NCBI GenBank assembly: GCA_965205865.1
Contig: CBDBHR010000026.1
Coordinates: 1 to 64,000, forward strand
Length of the DNA: 64,000 bases
Origin: a bacterium
GTDB lineage: Bacteria > SAR324 > NAC60-12
Direction of reading: 5' to 3'
Under the pieces are notes generated by a model. That model saw only the letters and a list, made by a program, of their open reading frames with translations. It did no database searches and was not told the DNA's origin. Numbering within the stretch: position 1 is the first letter of the stretch; each line of letters begins with the position of its first letter. Below are positions 53,012 to 63,197 of the stretch, piece by piece. The translations under genes and the position numbers were made by a program.

Positions 53012-53540
53012 GACGTTTTTCTGGGTTTATATTCTCGGATCTTGTTAATCAATTCCTGAAGTTTCCCCGTTTTTTCAGATGCCGCAACAAACTTCGAGTA
53101 CGCCGAAAAAGCGTTCTGGATCAGTTCATCGTAGGTGACAATCCTGATCGAATGGGGTCTCAAAGATTCCTCGTCCCTTTTTCTCTCATCTAGATCTTGC
53201 CACCCCCTTGGTAGTTTACCAACGATACAAATTGTCTCAAGAGGAGTTGTCCCCTCCCCCAACTGGTTGAGTTTATTCCGAACGGCATTTATGTACCGGC
53301 GAACCTGACTCTCTATGTCCGTTTTTGCTAACTGACGGTTTGCTCGTTTTAATTCGACTATTACGTGTGACGCCATCACTCTTTTGTACCGGATATCAAC
53401 TCTGTACTTTATGTCCTTCTGAATACCGTCCACAACCGCTTGTACGGTCTCTTCCATATTGGCGTATTGAGTTGCGCGTTCCCATGCTGGATCAAGCAGC
53501 CACAAATGATCGAAAATATACTGCTGTAACACTTTCTCTA

Positions 53541-54719
53541 GTGTATTGCCTGTTTAATACATTGTATTATTGGTCATTTGGTAGACAGGTTTGAGTTTGT
53601 TGATAATTTCTTCGGCAGTTTTAGTCCAGACATAGGGTTTTGGGTTGCGATTGTGTGTCTCGATGTAACTATGGATGGCTTCGGTCAACTCGAGCACGCT
53701 TTTGAAGGCGCCTCGTCGAATCCGTTCTGCAGTGATCTTGCCAAAAAAGCGTTCCACCATGTTCAGCCATGAGGAGGAAGTAGGAATGAAATGCGGGTGA
53801 AATCGCGGGTGTTTTTTGAGCCATTCTTTCACCTTAAGATGTTTGTGGGTGGCGTAATTGTCCAGGATCAAGTGTACCTGCAGTTGCTTCGAGGTAGTCT
53901 TGTCAATAAGACGCAGGAAGCGCAGATACTCTTGGTGTCGGTGCCGTTTTTCACAGCGAGCGAGCACTTCCCCTGTCTGCGTATTCAAAGCAGTAAACAG
54001 ACAGCAGGTGCCATGACGGATATAATCATGAGTTCTGGTGCCATTGCGCCCTGGTTTCAGTGGCAGACCTGGCTGGGTGCGATCGAGTGCCTGGATTTGT
54101 GATTTCTCATCGACGCTCAAGACCAGCGCTTTCTCAGGAGGATTCATGTACAAACCGATGACATCTTTCAGTTTCGCAGTGAAATGCTTATCATGCGACA
54201 ACTTAAATGTTTTTTCCAGATGAGGCTTGAGGCGATGGGCCTTCCATACTTTACCGACGGTTGTCTTGCCTACGCCAACTGCCTTGGCCATCGATCGCGT
54301 GCTCCAATGGGTACGGTCCTCAGGCTTCTCTTCAATGGTTTTCTTCACAATCTCCTCGATTTTATCCGCTCCATAAATGCGTGTCCTGCCAGGCCGCGGA
54401 TCATCATTGAGACCTGTTATTCCTTTTTCAACAAAGCGCCGTCGCCACTTTCCAACGGCATTACCGCTGGTTCCAAGCGTTTTGGCAATTTCTTGATTCT
54501 TAAGGCCATCAGCAGCCAACAGGATGATGCGCGCACGACGAGTGTCTCGCATCGCTCCGGTATGACGGCGTGCGGTTTTGCCCAATTCATCCCGTTCTTC
54601 CCGGGTCAGTTTTATACTTGGTGCTTTTCTCATGCTGTCTCCATATATGCAAAAAAAAGGACAGCTCGTAGTATAGCAAACCAAGGATTTTTTTACACAT
54701 TAATAAAAGAGCGACACAC
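53541..54719 (-). mobile_element. IS630-family insertion sequence
   Basis: TA duplication (53539-40, 54720-21) at a CTAG target; imperfect TIRs GTGTATTGCC../GTGTGTCGCT.. Confidence 0.93.
53554..54633 (-). CDS. IS630 transposase
   Basis: HTH; VDEKSQIQALDR, DYIRHG, LDNYATH, SWLNMVE (DDE). Confidence 0.95.
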   Translation of the reverse strand: MRKAPSIKLTREERDELGKTARRHTGAMRDTRRARIILLAADGLKNQEIAKTLGTSGNAVGKWRRRFVEKGITGLNDDPRPGRTRIYGADKIEEIVKKTIEEKPEDRTHWSTRSMAKAVGVGKTTVGKVWKAHRLKPHLEKTFKLSHDKHFTAKLKDVIGLYMNPPEKALVLSVDEKSQIQALDRTQPGLPLKPGRNGTRTHDYIRHGTCCLFTALNTQTGEVLARCEKRHRHQEYLRFLRLIDKTTSKQLQVHLILDNYATHKHLKVKEWLKKHPRFHPHFIPTSSSWLNMVERFFGKITAERIRRGAFKSVLELTEAIHSYIETHNRNPKPYVWTKTAEEIINKLKPVYQMTNNTMY

Positions 54720-56217
54720 TAGCGCTTCGTCTTCAACTTGATCTTGGAGCCGTTTGATGACATTCAGTCGCTCTTGAACTATTTCGTGGTAACGCATCGC
54801 TTCAATGGCATCAATATCAGACAGATACTCAAGAAACACATCCAAATTGGATGCGTCAATGGTATCCAAAATTTTCAGAGCATCGTTCATCTTGAGCGTT
54901 TCAAAAGCAAGTATCCCGTTGGCATACAAACCTGGCTTGTGTGCCTCGTCTACTCCCGATTGGTCGATTTCGGCAAAGATCTTCTTTGCAGTTTTCTTCA
55001 GTGATTGTGGTCTCAGTCCTTCGTACCATTCTTTGATATGAGGGTTGGAAGACAGGGCCATATCCAGTCCTTTCTTCTCCTTGAGCTTATTGGTTTCCGT
55101 CCAAATGTACCGGAGTTCCCTTCCTAAGAAATTTTTGACCGCGAGATAACGCGGGTCATCCTCGGAAATCCTTTGGCGGCTGGAAGTGGCAATGTCTTGC
55201 TCATCATCGTCGTCGAGGAAGTCGGCGTGAATTTCGCCATAGATGTATTTGGTGATCATTCCACCGAGGCGATATTCCTGTAGAATATCCTCTTGAGCCA
55301 CTTTACCCCGCACGACAACCGTGATTTTGTTCAGATTGTCGTCTTGTTCGTTGTCGCCCTGCTTCCTGTCGTCCAGATCGTTGGAACGACGGGCGATGGC
55401 GATCCAGCCGCTGATCTCGTATTCGCCTTCCTGGATGGCGTTGCCGCGCAAATCAAAGCGATTATCTCGGGTATAGGACAACCTTTCGCGGTTGTCTTCG
55501 TCTTTGTCCAAATTTTTACAGTGTTGGGCGTAATCGTATTTCCCGTATTGGAAAAGGAATCGAGCTTTGTGAAAATAATCTCTGTCAGCAAAAGTTATCT
55601 TTTCGTCATTAACAAAGACGTGAAAACCCGCTGAATCTTCGATAATACTGAATCTCCGGGCGATTCTTTTTTTGAGGCCATTTATTGAAGCTTGCGTCAG
55701 CCGTAGTTTCTTCAAATCCGTAATTTTAATAATGGTCCCATGTGATGGAATATCCACATCGAAGGTGACGGATTCCGGCTCGTATTGTTTCGGAGATGAT
55801 GGATCTTCGCTATGTATCGCGTCCTTGATTTTTTCGGCATCCATTAAAAAGGATACTTTCTCACTACCTTCTTTACGGCTATAGACAGAGATTTTATTTG
55901 CGATGGAGAACAGAGATAGTTTCCCAATGCCTTTCCTACCCATCGGTTTTCTGCCGCCGGGCGTGCGGAAATCAGGCATGTTCCTTTTCTGGTATCCGAC
56001 AAGCAGGTACTTGTCATTGATGTCGGTCCGATCCATTCCATGACCATTATCGGAAACTGCGATCGATTTCTGCTCAACGTTGAAATCAATCTTAACCTCG
56101 GTCGCGTCGGCGTCCCAAGCGTTGGCAATCACTTCCGCGATCACCGCCGGGGTATTGCTATACAGGTTGAGTCCCAGATGGTTGAGGACATTCAAACTGA
56201 TGCTCATTATGTACCTG

Positions 56218-57261
56218 CTATCGGACATTCGCTCCCTCCATGATGGATTTTCCAATCGCTTCAGCAAGTTTGACCGGCACCGCGTTGCCAATATGCCGGG
56301 CCATCTGGCGAATGACGAGTGGTTTGCCTTTCTCGATGAGTTTATACTTGCGAGGAAAAGTTTGTAGCAGAGCCGCTTCCCGGACGGAAATCGACCGATG
56401 TTGTCGAGGGTGTCCAAACCGCCCGGTACTGTAATAGCAAAATTGCGTGGTGATAGTGGGTGCCAAAGCATTCCAGCGCATTCGTCCGTAGGATGCCGGA
56501 TAATATGCCTTCCGGTGGCATTCGTTGATGATGTCCTTCTCCCAATCCTTCCAGGACCCGCCCGGTTTTGACTGGAGAATTCGCTGGCGGTTTTTTGGGG
56601 ACAACGGCAACGTGGCGTGAGCGGGGTCATCGGGCGAGGTCTGTCCGTCTTCAAGTGTGGGCAAACTTTGGATAAAGTCGGCAACGGTTGTTTTCTCCCC
56701 CCTTGGACAGGGAAGAGAAATCACGCCCAATCCGGATGCCAGCAGCACCAGGCGCTTCCTGTTTTGCGGAACGCCGTAATTCGCGCACGGCAAAATATCA
56801 TAGTCGTACTGGTAACCCAAGAGGTTCAACGTTGAGAGCAATTCGTCAAATGCCTTCTGTTTGACGAGTCCGGGGACATTTTCCATCGAAATCAAGTCGG
56901 GAGTTCCCTCTTTGACAAGGCTGGTGAATTTTCTGACTAAGGAGTAGTTATCCACTTTGGAATTTTGCGTCCTTCGGGTATGCGCGGAGAAGGGCTGGCA
57001 AGGAGCGCAACCCACCATCACCGTAACATCCGCGTCCTTGTAATATGGCGCAATGTCGAGGAAGTGAATGCCGCAAACATCGGTAGCGATAAATTCGGAT
57101 CCATGGTTGTTCGTCTCGTACGCATACCGACATGATGGATCAATGTCAAAACCCGCCTTGACGTCTATGCCAGACATACCGAGTCCATGAGTCAATCCAC
57201 CGATTCCACAAAAGAGATCTACAGCGTGAACTCTCCACAAGCCGTTGTTTTTTTTACGCAT
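56218..57261 (-). CDS. DNA (cytosine-5)-methyltransferase
   Basis: DLFCGIGG, GCAPCQ, ENV, PQNRKR, REAALLQTFP, IGNAVP. Confidence 0.95.
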   Translation of the reverse strand: MRKKNNGLWRVHAVDLFCGIGGLTHGLGMSGIDVKAGFDIDPSCRYAYETNNHGSEFIATDVCGIHFLDIAPYYKDADVTVMVGCAPCQPFSAHTRRTQNSKVDNYSLVRKFTSLVKEGTPDLISMENVPGLVKQKAFDELLSTLNLLGYQYDYDILPCANYGVPQNRKRLVLLASGLGVISLPCPRGEKTTVADFIQSLPTLEDGQTSPDDPAHATLPLSPKNRQRILQSKPGGSWKDWEKDIINECHRKAYYPASYGRMRWNALAPTITTQFCYYSTGRFGHPRQHRSISVREAALLQTFPRKYKLIEKGKPLVIRQMARHIGNAVPVKLAEAIGKSIMEGANVR

Positions 57262-57312
57262 TGAGTTCTCTCCGTTACCAACCGATTACCTAATCCACGT
57301 CTTTCACAATTT

Positions 57313-57366
57313 TCAGCCGCCGACAATGTCGCCCAACAAACCATTGGTCTCCCGTTCCAGTGTCAT
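57313..57366 (-). pseudogene. Relic hsdM 3' end (scar)
   Basis: TLERETNGLLGDIVGG* vs functional HsdM TLEQETEGLLNEIIGKV*. Confidence 0.8.
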
Positions 57367-57851
57367 TTAACTTTCAAGGCTAAATCAGGAAATTTTTTAC
57401 TTGATTGGGCTTCGAACATTTTTGTAAATTTTTCACTAGGATAGAAGCAGAAAAAAATCCAGACAAATCTCTGTACAATGGAATTACAAGGCCAACCAAA
57501 ATAGAGGAGTTCATCATGTTTTCTCTTCCTCTTGAATTTCCTATCGTTTTTGATTCAATTAAACAACAGTTTTCTGTTTCGGGTTGGACCACCGCGCATA
57601 CCATGGTCCTGGGAGAGCAAAACTATGCCAGGGGAATCATGAAGTTTCCTCGGCTCCAAAAACTGATGCCCAAGGCTGGTATCGTGATTCAGTCCGTTCC
57701 AAAGGCAAACGCTTTGTCAAATGCCCGGGATCAGAATGTGCTATTCTTAGTTTATGCATAAGGGAAATGGTTCAATTTTTGCCCATTGTCCTGAGACCTT
57801 CGATTTTTTCGACGCTTTATCGACAAGGATTCCACCAGGAAAAGCATTTTA

Positions 57852-58262
57852 TTGATAAGGAGAGTTGAAATGGTGACGCGCCCACACATGCGGAAGGTTA
57901 GATCAAAGGAAACGAAGCCAGAACGCGCACTAAGAAAGCTTATCTGGTCGATGGGATATCGAGGATACAGGAAGAATTGCGGGAATCTGCCTGGAAGGCC
58001 TGATGTGGCGTTTACCCGCCGCAAGCGCGCAATCTTTCTTCATGGGTGTTTTTGGCATGGACATTCATGCAAAGCAGGTAGGAACGTTCCGCAAACTAAC
58101 ACCACGTATTGGATACCGAAATTACGAAGGAATAAAGAAAGAGATCGTGATGACCTTAAAAAATTGAAATCGGAGCATTGGCGGGTCATGGTGGTTTGGG
58201 AGTGTGAATTGGGCGAGCTTGAGCAAGTTAAGTCCGGACTGTCCAAATTTTTACGTGAATAG
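57852..58262 (+). CDS. vsr: Very short patch repair endonuclease
   Basis: M..VRSKETKPE, LPGRPD, FLHGCFWHGH, VWECE; start may be 57870 or 57888. Confidence 0.92.
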   Translation: MIRRVEMVTRPHMRKVRSKETKPERALRKLIWSMGYRGYRKNCGNLPGRPDVAFTRRKRAIFLHGCFWHGHSCKAGRNVPQTNTTYWIPKLRRNKERDRDDLKKLKSEHWRVMVVWECELGELEQVKSGLSKFLRE

Positions 58263-58340
58263 TATATAGTTTCCCCCAAATCCCAATAAATGGAGCATCA
58301 ATGCAAGCATGATGACGAAATGGATTCTCTGAGCAACGTT

Positions 58341-58907
58341 TCAGGATCGGACTTTTCCCTGCCAACCGCCTTTACATTTACCACTCCAAATTTTTTCAAA
58401 CGGATGCCGTCGGTTGTCTGGGTATGGTGTCATTTTCCTTCTCTGAAACGCTTGGTGAATCCACTCGCGAATGTCCTCCCTTTGGTCTGTCCAGTCATAG
58501 ACGCAGGCATAGGGCGCCCTTTCCTTGCAGTTATCCGCGAGTCTTGGTGGTATCAGGTGTGGATCATACATTGTTCTTCCAAAATCCGGATGTTTGGGCA
58601 ACATGATACCCAACAATCCACATCTGGGATTTTTTTTCGTGGCTCTCAAACTGGCGCCTATCTCCCAATCCACGTGCATCCGTTTCCAGGTACAGGGGCC
58701 AATCAGCACAACCGTCACGGTTACTTCGGCGATGTAGTGCTCACGAATTCTTTGAAAAATCGCCTCCACGTCAAGGTTATTGATTTCCCCGATTTTGACG
58801 GACCTGTCCAGCATTTCGTCCTTCATCATTTTGACGAATTGGTTTTTGTATTTTTGATCCCCATGGTGAAAACTGATGAATACTTTGTGTTTTGGGATTT
58901 GGTCCAT
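58341..58907 (-). CDS. TIR-domain protein (DUF1863/ThsB-like)
   Basis: HKVFISFHH, VTVVLIG..TWKR.HVDWEI (catalytic Glu retained); AAGGAG SD. Confidence 0.88.
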   Translation of the reverse strand: MDQIPKHKVFISFHHGDQKYKNQFVKMMKDEMLDRSVKIGEINNLDVEAIFQRIREHYIAEVTVTVVLIGPCTWKRMHVDWEIGASLRATKKNPRCGLLGIMLPKHPDFGRTMYDPHLIPPRLADNCKERAPYACVYDWTDQREDIREWIHQAFQRRKMTPYPDNRRHPFEKIWSGKCKGGWQGKVRS

Positions 58908-59037
58908 CTTCGCTCTCCTTCAACCCGTTCCAAGTCGGTCAAGTCTTCCGGGCCGGCAATCTCTGCCAGCATGCGATTGTAGTTTCGTAAATCTTGCTGC
59001 AGCGTTCAGAGAGGGCGACTCATCCATGGCCCTCGGG

Positions 59038-61020
59038 TTACACTTTTCCGATGATCTCGTTCAGCAACCCCTCGGTTTCCTGTTCCAGCGTCAGAATGTC
59101 TCCCCGGATCTCCTCCAGCGTACGTAAAGGCTGCGGCTTGTAGAAGTGGCGGGTGAAGCTGATCTCGTAGCCGGTCTTGATGCTGTCTGCGACATACCAG
59201 GCATCCGGCGCGTGGGCCAACACCTCGCGTTGCAGGAAACTCTCTACGCTTTTTTCCAGGAGTGGCACCTGCTCGCTGTCTCGCAGATCGGGGTCGGGTT
59301 CGTACTCGACCACGGCGGAACGGCCGGCGATTAAGGTCTCGAACAACCCACGCATGGGGTCGGGTGCCGCGCCTTTCTCGTGAATCTTTTTGATGACCGG
59401 CAGGGCGGTCTCCGAGCAGCGTGATCCCTCTTTGAGTATTTTGATCTCCCTGGCGCCGTAGGCGCGTTCGGAGTCGATGCCTTCAAGGCGTAACGGACGC
59501 TCGATCGTGACTTTCCAATATCCGAACGCTTCGTTTGGATAGATTTTCGACTGTTCGGTTTCCTCGAACTTCAGAAAAGTATCGCAGATACGCTGGATAT
59601 CTGCCGCTGACAACTCGCAGTTCTTTTTACCAAGATTCTTGCGTAGTGGTTTGAACCAACGGGTCGCGTCGATGAGTTGGATTTTGCCCCGGCGTTGCGC
59701 GGGCTTACGGTTACCAAGCATCCAGATATAGGTGGCAATGCCCGTGTTGTGGAACATGTTCAGAGGCAAGGCGACGATGGCCTCCAACCAGTCGTTTTCG
59801 ATGATCCAACGTCGAATATTGCTTTCCCCCTGACCCGCATCACCAGTGAACAATGACGAACCATTATGGACTTCCGCAATCCTGCTGCCGAGGTGCGAAT
59901 CCCGCTTCATCTTGCTCAGCATGTTGGCCAGAAACATCATCTGGCCGTCGCTGGAACGCGTAACGAGGCTGTATTCCGGATCGCCGGCATGCTTGATCAG
60001 AAAGCGGTGGTCGGACATCTCTTTTTTTCCTCCCATCCGCTCGAGTTCCGTTTTCCAGGACTTTCCGTAGGGTGGATTGGAAAGCATAAAGTCGAACTCG
60101 CGTGCCGGGAACGCGTCTCTGGACAGGGTCGAGCCGAATTTCATGTTCTCGGCCTCGCTCCCCTCCCCTTTGAGGATGAGATCCGCCTTGCTGATGGCGA
60201 AGGTTTCGGGATTGATCTCCTGCCCATAGAGGTGAACGGATGCTTCCTTTCCGTATTTCGTGGCAAGCCCGGCCAGTGTTTCTCCGGCAACGGTCAGCAT
60301 CCCGCCGGTGCCACAAGCGCCGTCATAGACGAGGTAGGTCCCGGAGCGGATCTTTTCCTTAATGGGCATGAAAATCAGATGGGCCATCAGTTTTACGACA
60401 TCACGGGGCGTGAAGTGCTCACCGGCTTCCTCGTTGTTCTCTTCGTTGAAACGCCTGATCAACTCCTCGAAGATGGTCCCCATCGAATGGTTGTCGAGGC
60501 CGGGAAGACGCGGGGAACCGTCCCGGGACAAGATGGGTTTGGGGCTCAGATTGATCGAATTGTCGAGGAATTTTTCGATGAGGAATCCGAACACGTCGGC
60601 TTCGATCAGGGTGGGGATTTGATTACGGAACTTGAACTTGTCGAGGACCTCCTGAAGGTTCGCTGAGAAACCATCCAGATAGGTTTCGAAATCGGTTTTG
60701 AGTTGCTGTTGCCTGGATCGGTTGGAGAGATCGCGCAAGCAAAAAGCCGAGGTGTTGTAGAATGCTTCGCCGGATGCCCGACATAACGCTGCGTGCTGAT
60801 GGACGACGCCTGCCGCGTCGAGTTGCTGCTTCATTCTGAGCACAGCCTCTTTCGTCGGTTCGAGAACCGCATCCAGACGCCGAATAACCGTCATGGGCAG
60901 AATGACGTCCCGATACTTGCCCCGCACGTAGACGTCGCGCAACACATCGTCGGCTATATTCCAGATAAAGTTGCTGATATTCAAGTTGCTTTCCACTGTT
61001 CCTACCGCGATTCTCTCCAC
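59038..61020 (-). CDS. hsdM: Type I RM methyltransferase subunit
   Basis: FIWNIADDVLR, GEHFTPRDV, DGACGTGGML, NPPY; exact start uncertain. Confidence 0.95.
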   Translation of the reverse strand: MERIAVGTVESNLNISNFIWNIADDVLRDVYVRGKYRDVILPMTVIRRLDAVLEPTKEAVLRMKQQLDAAGVVHQHAALCRASGEAFYNTSAFCLRDLSNRSRQQQLKTDFETYLDGFSANLQEVLDKFKFRNQIPTLIEADVFGFLIEKFLDNSINLSPKPILSRDGSPRLPGLDNHSMGTIFEELIRRFNEENNEEAGEHFTPRDVVKLMAHLIFMPIKEKIRSGTYLVYDGACGTGGMLTVAGETLAGLATKYGKEASVHLYGQEINPETFAISKADLILKGEGSEAENMKFGSTLSRDAFPAREFDFMLSNPPYGKSWKTELERMGGKKEMSDHRFLIKHAGDPEYSLVTRSSDGQMMFLANMLSKMKRDSHLGSRIAEVHNGSSLFTGDAGQGESNIRRWIIENDWLEAIVALPLNMFHNTGIATYIWMLGNRKPAQRRGKIQLIDATRWFKPLRKNLGKKNCELSAADIQRICDTFLKFEETEQSKIYPNEAFGYWKVTIERPLRLEGIDSERAYGAREIKILKEGSRCSETALPVIKKIHEKGAAPDPMRGLFETLIAGRSAVVEYEPDPDLRDSEQVPLLEKSVESFLQREVLAHAPDAWYVADSIKTGYEISFTRHFYKPQPLRTLEEIRGDILTLEQETEGLLNEIIGKV

Positions 61021-61823
61021 GACCTGTCCGACATGAGTTTACGGAATGGCGATGCTGCGGAATCGACTTGCCTGACGTCTCCGTCCATGACGACAAAGAA
61101 ATTGAATTCCTCGTGAATACATCCTGAAGGGCAATCTCCCCACGCGTTACGAAACACAAAAAACCAATTCTCATTCACCTTCAACGTTTCTATGTCAGAG
61201 CCGTCCGACAAGAATGCTTCGGGTTCGACGTATCGAATCCCCGAAACTGTCGAATACGCCTCAATTGCTGCCGGAATGTTCAACCCTTCGCGAAAACAAA
61301 AGATGACGATCCCGATCGAATCGAAAATTTTTATGCCCCGCAATTGAAGCTTCGCGTTCAAGGTATCGAATTCCGTATCACCCGTAAGCAACGTCCCAGT
61401 TCTGCCATGATTGGGCAACACATCTTTGATAGCCCGCATCAGGGGAGGTTCCAGGCCGAGGATGAGCATGGCCGGAACATATGCCGCTCGCGCATGAATG
61501 AGCGAGACCTGCGGATGGGCGTCACGGATCAAGAGTAGAATTCGTCGGATTTCCTCTTCAAGCTCATCCCGCTGCCGGATATCGAACAATAACTCGCTGC
61601 CATTACGTTGGATCATCCTGTCCGCAAGTATGGCGGCGTCAGAACGGTCGACGGTAGGGAGCGGGCAGGGTTTTGTCCCGACAACGTCCGTTTCACGAGC
61701 GCTGCGCAAAGACGCCGGATCAGTCCCGACTTTTTCGTTGGCAGCGATCAGCGGGCATGCAATTACGAAGAGTAAGAACATGCCGGAGATAGTGATGTTG
61801 ATCATTCGTAAACCGTCTTTCAT
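61002..61823 (-). CDS. Hypothetical exported protein
   Basis: Hydrophobic N-terminus; WGDCPSGC motif; stop overlaps the 5' end of the hsdM ORF. Confidence 0.7.
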   Translation of the reverse strand: MKDGLRMINITISGMFLLFVIACPLIAANEKVGTDPASLRSARETDVVGTKPCPLPTVDRSDAAILADRMIQRNGSELLFDIRQRDELEEEIRRILLLIRDAHPQVSLIHARAAYVPAMLILGLEPPLMRAIKDVLPNHGRTGTLLTGDTEFDTLNAKLQLRGIKIFDSIGIVIFCFREGLNIPAAIEAYSTVSGIRYVEPEAFLSDGSDIETLKVNENWFFVFRNAWGDCPSGCIHEEFNFFVVMDGDVRQVDSAASPFRKLMSDRSWRESR

Positions 61824-62096
61824 CGTTGCAATAAGACCTGCTCTGCTCGAAAGCGCGAAACGGGTCGGTATTGATCTAATTTATTCCCGATCCGGCAATT
61901 TCGTTGCTGATTCGAGAATTATGAATACTGAATTCAATATGATACACGTCCGGAGTACGATAAGAAACGAGAATATTTAAAAGTTTGAAAGTTGTTCCCA
62001 AACCTTTAATGATGGGTTTCCTATTTTTGCATCAGCAACCCCCTTGTTTGAAAAAACTTCATATTGAATTGTATCGGAAGTATTGCAAGGTACAAA

Positions 62097-62801
62097 ATGC
62101 TTGAATCCGGGCAATTTCAAAGCTATCTGCGGGAGTCCCATAATCCTTATTATTCCATTGTCGCCACCCTCCCTCTCCTGATTGCCTATGAGCTTCTTCT
62201 GGCAATCACAAGCCATCCCCACTGGCAGGTGCGCAACGCGGCCGACGTGTGGCTCCGGAAAATATTGGCAACTTTCGATCTTTCTTCCCAGCAAGCTACC
62301 ATTGCCATGATCCTCATATTGCTCGTACTTATTCCAGTGGTACGTCGCAAATACGCTCCCTTGAAACGAAGCTATTTCGCATATATGTTTTTAGAAACCA
62401 TCGTTTACAGCTTATGTTTGGGTCTGGTCATTAACTTGATTTTGCGCGCTCTTTTTCTGGCAACCCCCATGAGCGGAGGATTCTTACAAAACATTGCTCT
62501 CTCGCTGGGGGCGGGTTTGTATGAGGAGTTTGTTTTTCGAGTGATCCTACTCAACGCTTTGTTTTTTGGATTGAAACCGATTTTGAAAAATGTTCTTTTG
62601 AGTGCGTCGATAGCTATTTTTATGGCATCGTTTTTGTTTTCCCTCAGTCATTATGTGGGTAACTTGTCAGACCCTTTCGACTTTTACAGCTTTATATTCC
62701 GTTGGATGGCGGGATTATTGTTTACCGTTATATATTTTTTGAGAGGCTTTGCAGTTGCCGCGTACACCCATGCTTTTTATGATATTTGGGTTGTCTTATA
62801 A
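62097..62801 (+). CDS. CPBP (CAAX/Abi) intramembrane glutamic protease
   Basis: YEEFVFR, FSLSH, HAFYD motifs. Confidence 0.88.
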   Translation: MLESGQFQSYLRESHNPYYSIVATLPLLIAYELLLAITSHPHWQVRNAADVWLRKILATFDLSSQQATIAMILILLVLIPVVRRKYAPLKRSYFAYMFLETIVYSLCLGLVINLILRALFLATPMSGGFLQNIALSLGAGLYEEFVFRVILLNALFFGLKPILKNVLLSASIAIFMASFLFSLSHYVGNLSDPFDFYSFIFRWMAGLLFTVIYFLRGFAVAAYTHAFYDIWVVL

Positions 62802-63040
62802 CAGTGGATTGAATCACGAATTAAAGAAAATCGGAGCATAATCACAATTCACGATTCGGTTAATTGCCTTATTTGATGTGTTCGAGCCTTTATATGAACT
62901 GTCAATTAAACGTATTAACTTTGAATCTAAAATCGGAATAAATACAAAAAGAATTTTTGACACTGTTCACTCATCATTCCCAAAAAGGGTTCAATCGAGT
63001 ACATATCCATTTGATTTTATTGAACTTATAAAGATTTCAA

Positions 63041-63115
63041 TGTCATCCTAGCGCACGCGGAGATTCAGTTGGTATACTCCGAATCTCTGGATCCCGGATC
63101 AAGTCCGGGATGACA
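63041..63115. repeat. REP/RPE-like palindromic element
   Basis: TGTCATCC...CAG-spacer-CTGGATCCCGGATCAAGTCCGGGATGACA; terminal inverted TGTCATCC/GGATGACA plus internal hairpin. Confidence 0.7.
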
Positions 63116-63197
63116 AGGCGAGTATCCCGCTTTAAGAAAAAGCATTTTGCAATGGTAAATGAACAGTCTCGAATTTTTTTCTGAATTGAATAAAAGT

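Larger units (their letters stand above)
53008..56228 (-). pseudogene. GHKL(MORC-type) ATPase + PD-(D/E)XK endonuclease (HgiDII/BbrUII-like type II REase) interrupted by IS630
   Basis: EVIANAWDADA, DNGHGM, GRKGIGK; C-part RVDI..IVELKR; removing the IS and one TA restores EDEALEKVLQQYIF in frame (679 aa). Confidence 0.85.

Noticed and set aside
56229-56684. N-terminal 152 aa of the 663-aa ORF
   Set aside because: Overlaps the MTase in another frame; real start is ATG 56228 with a GGAGG-type SD
58908-59030. Short broken frame between hsdM and TIR (MSRPL*TLQQDLRNYNRML..)
   Set aside because: Probable remnant but unassignable
42176-62090. Island as an integrative element or prophage
   Set aside because: No integrase, tRNA, att direct repeats or phage genes seen
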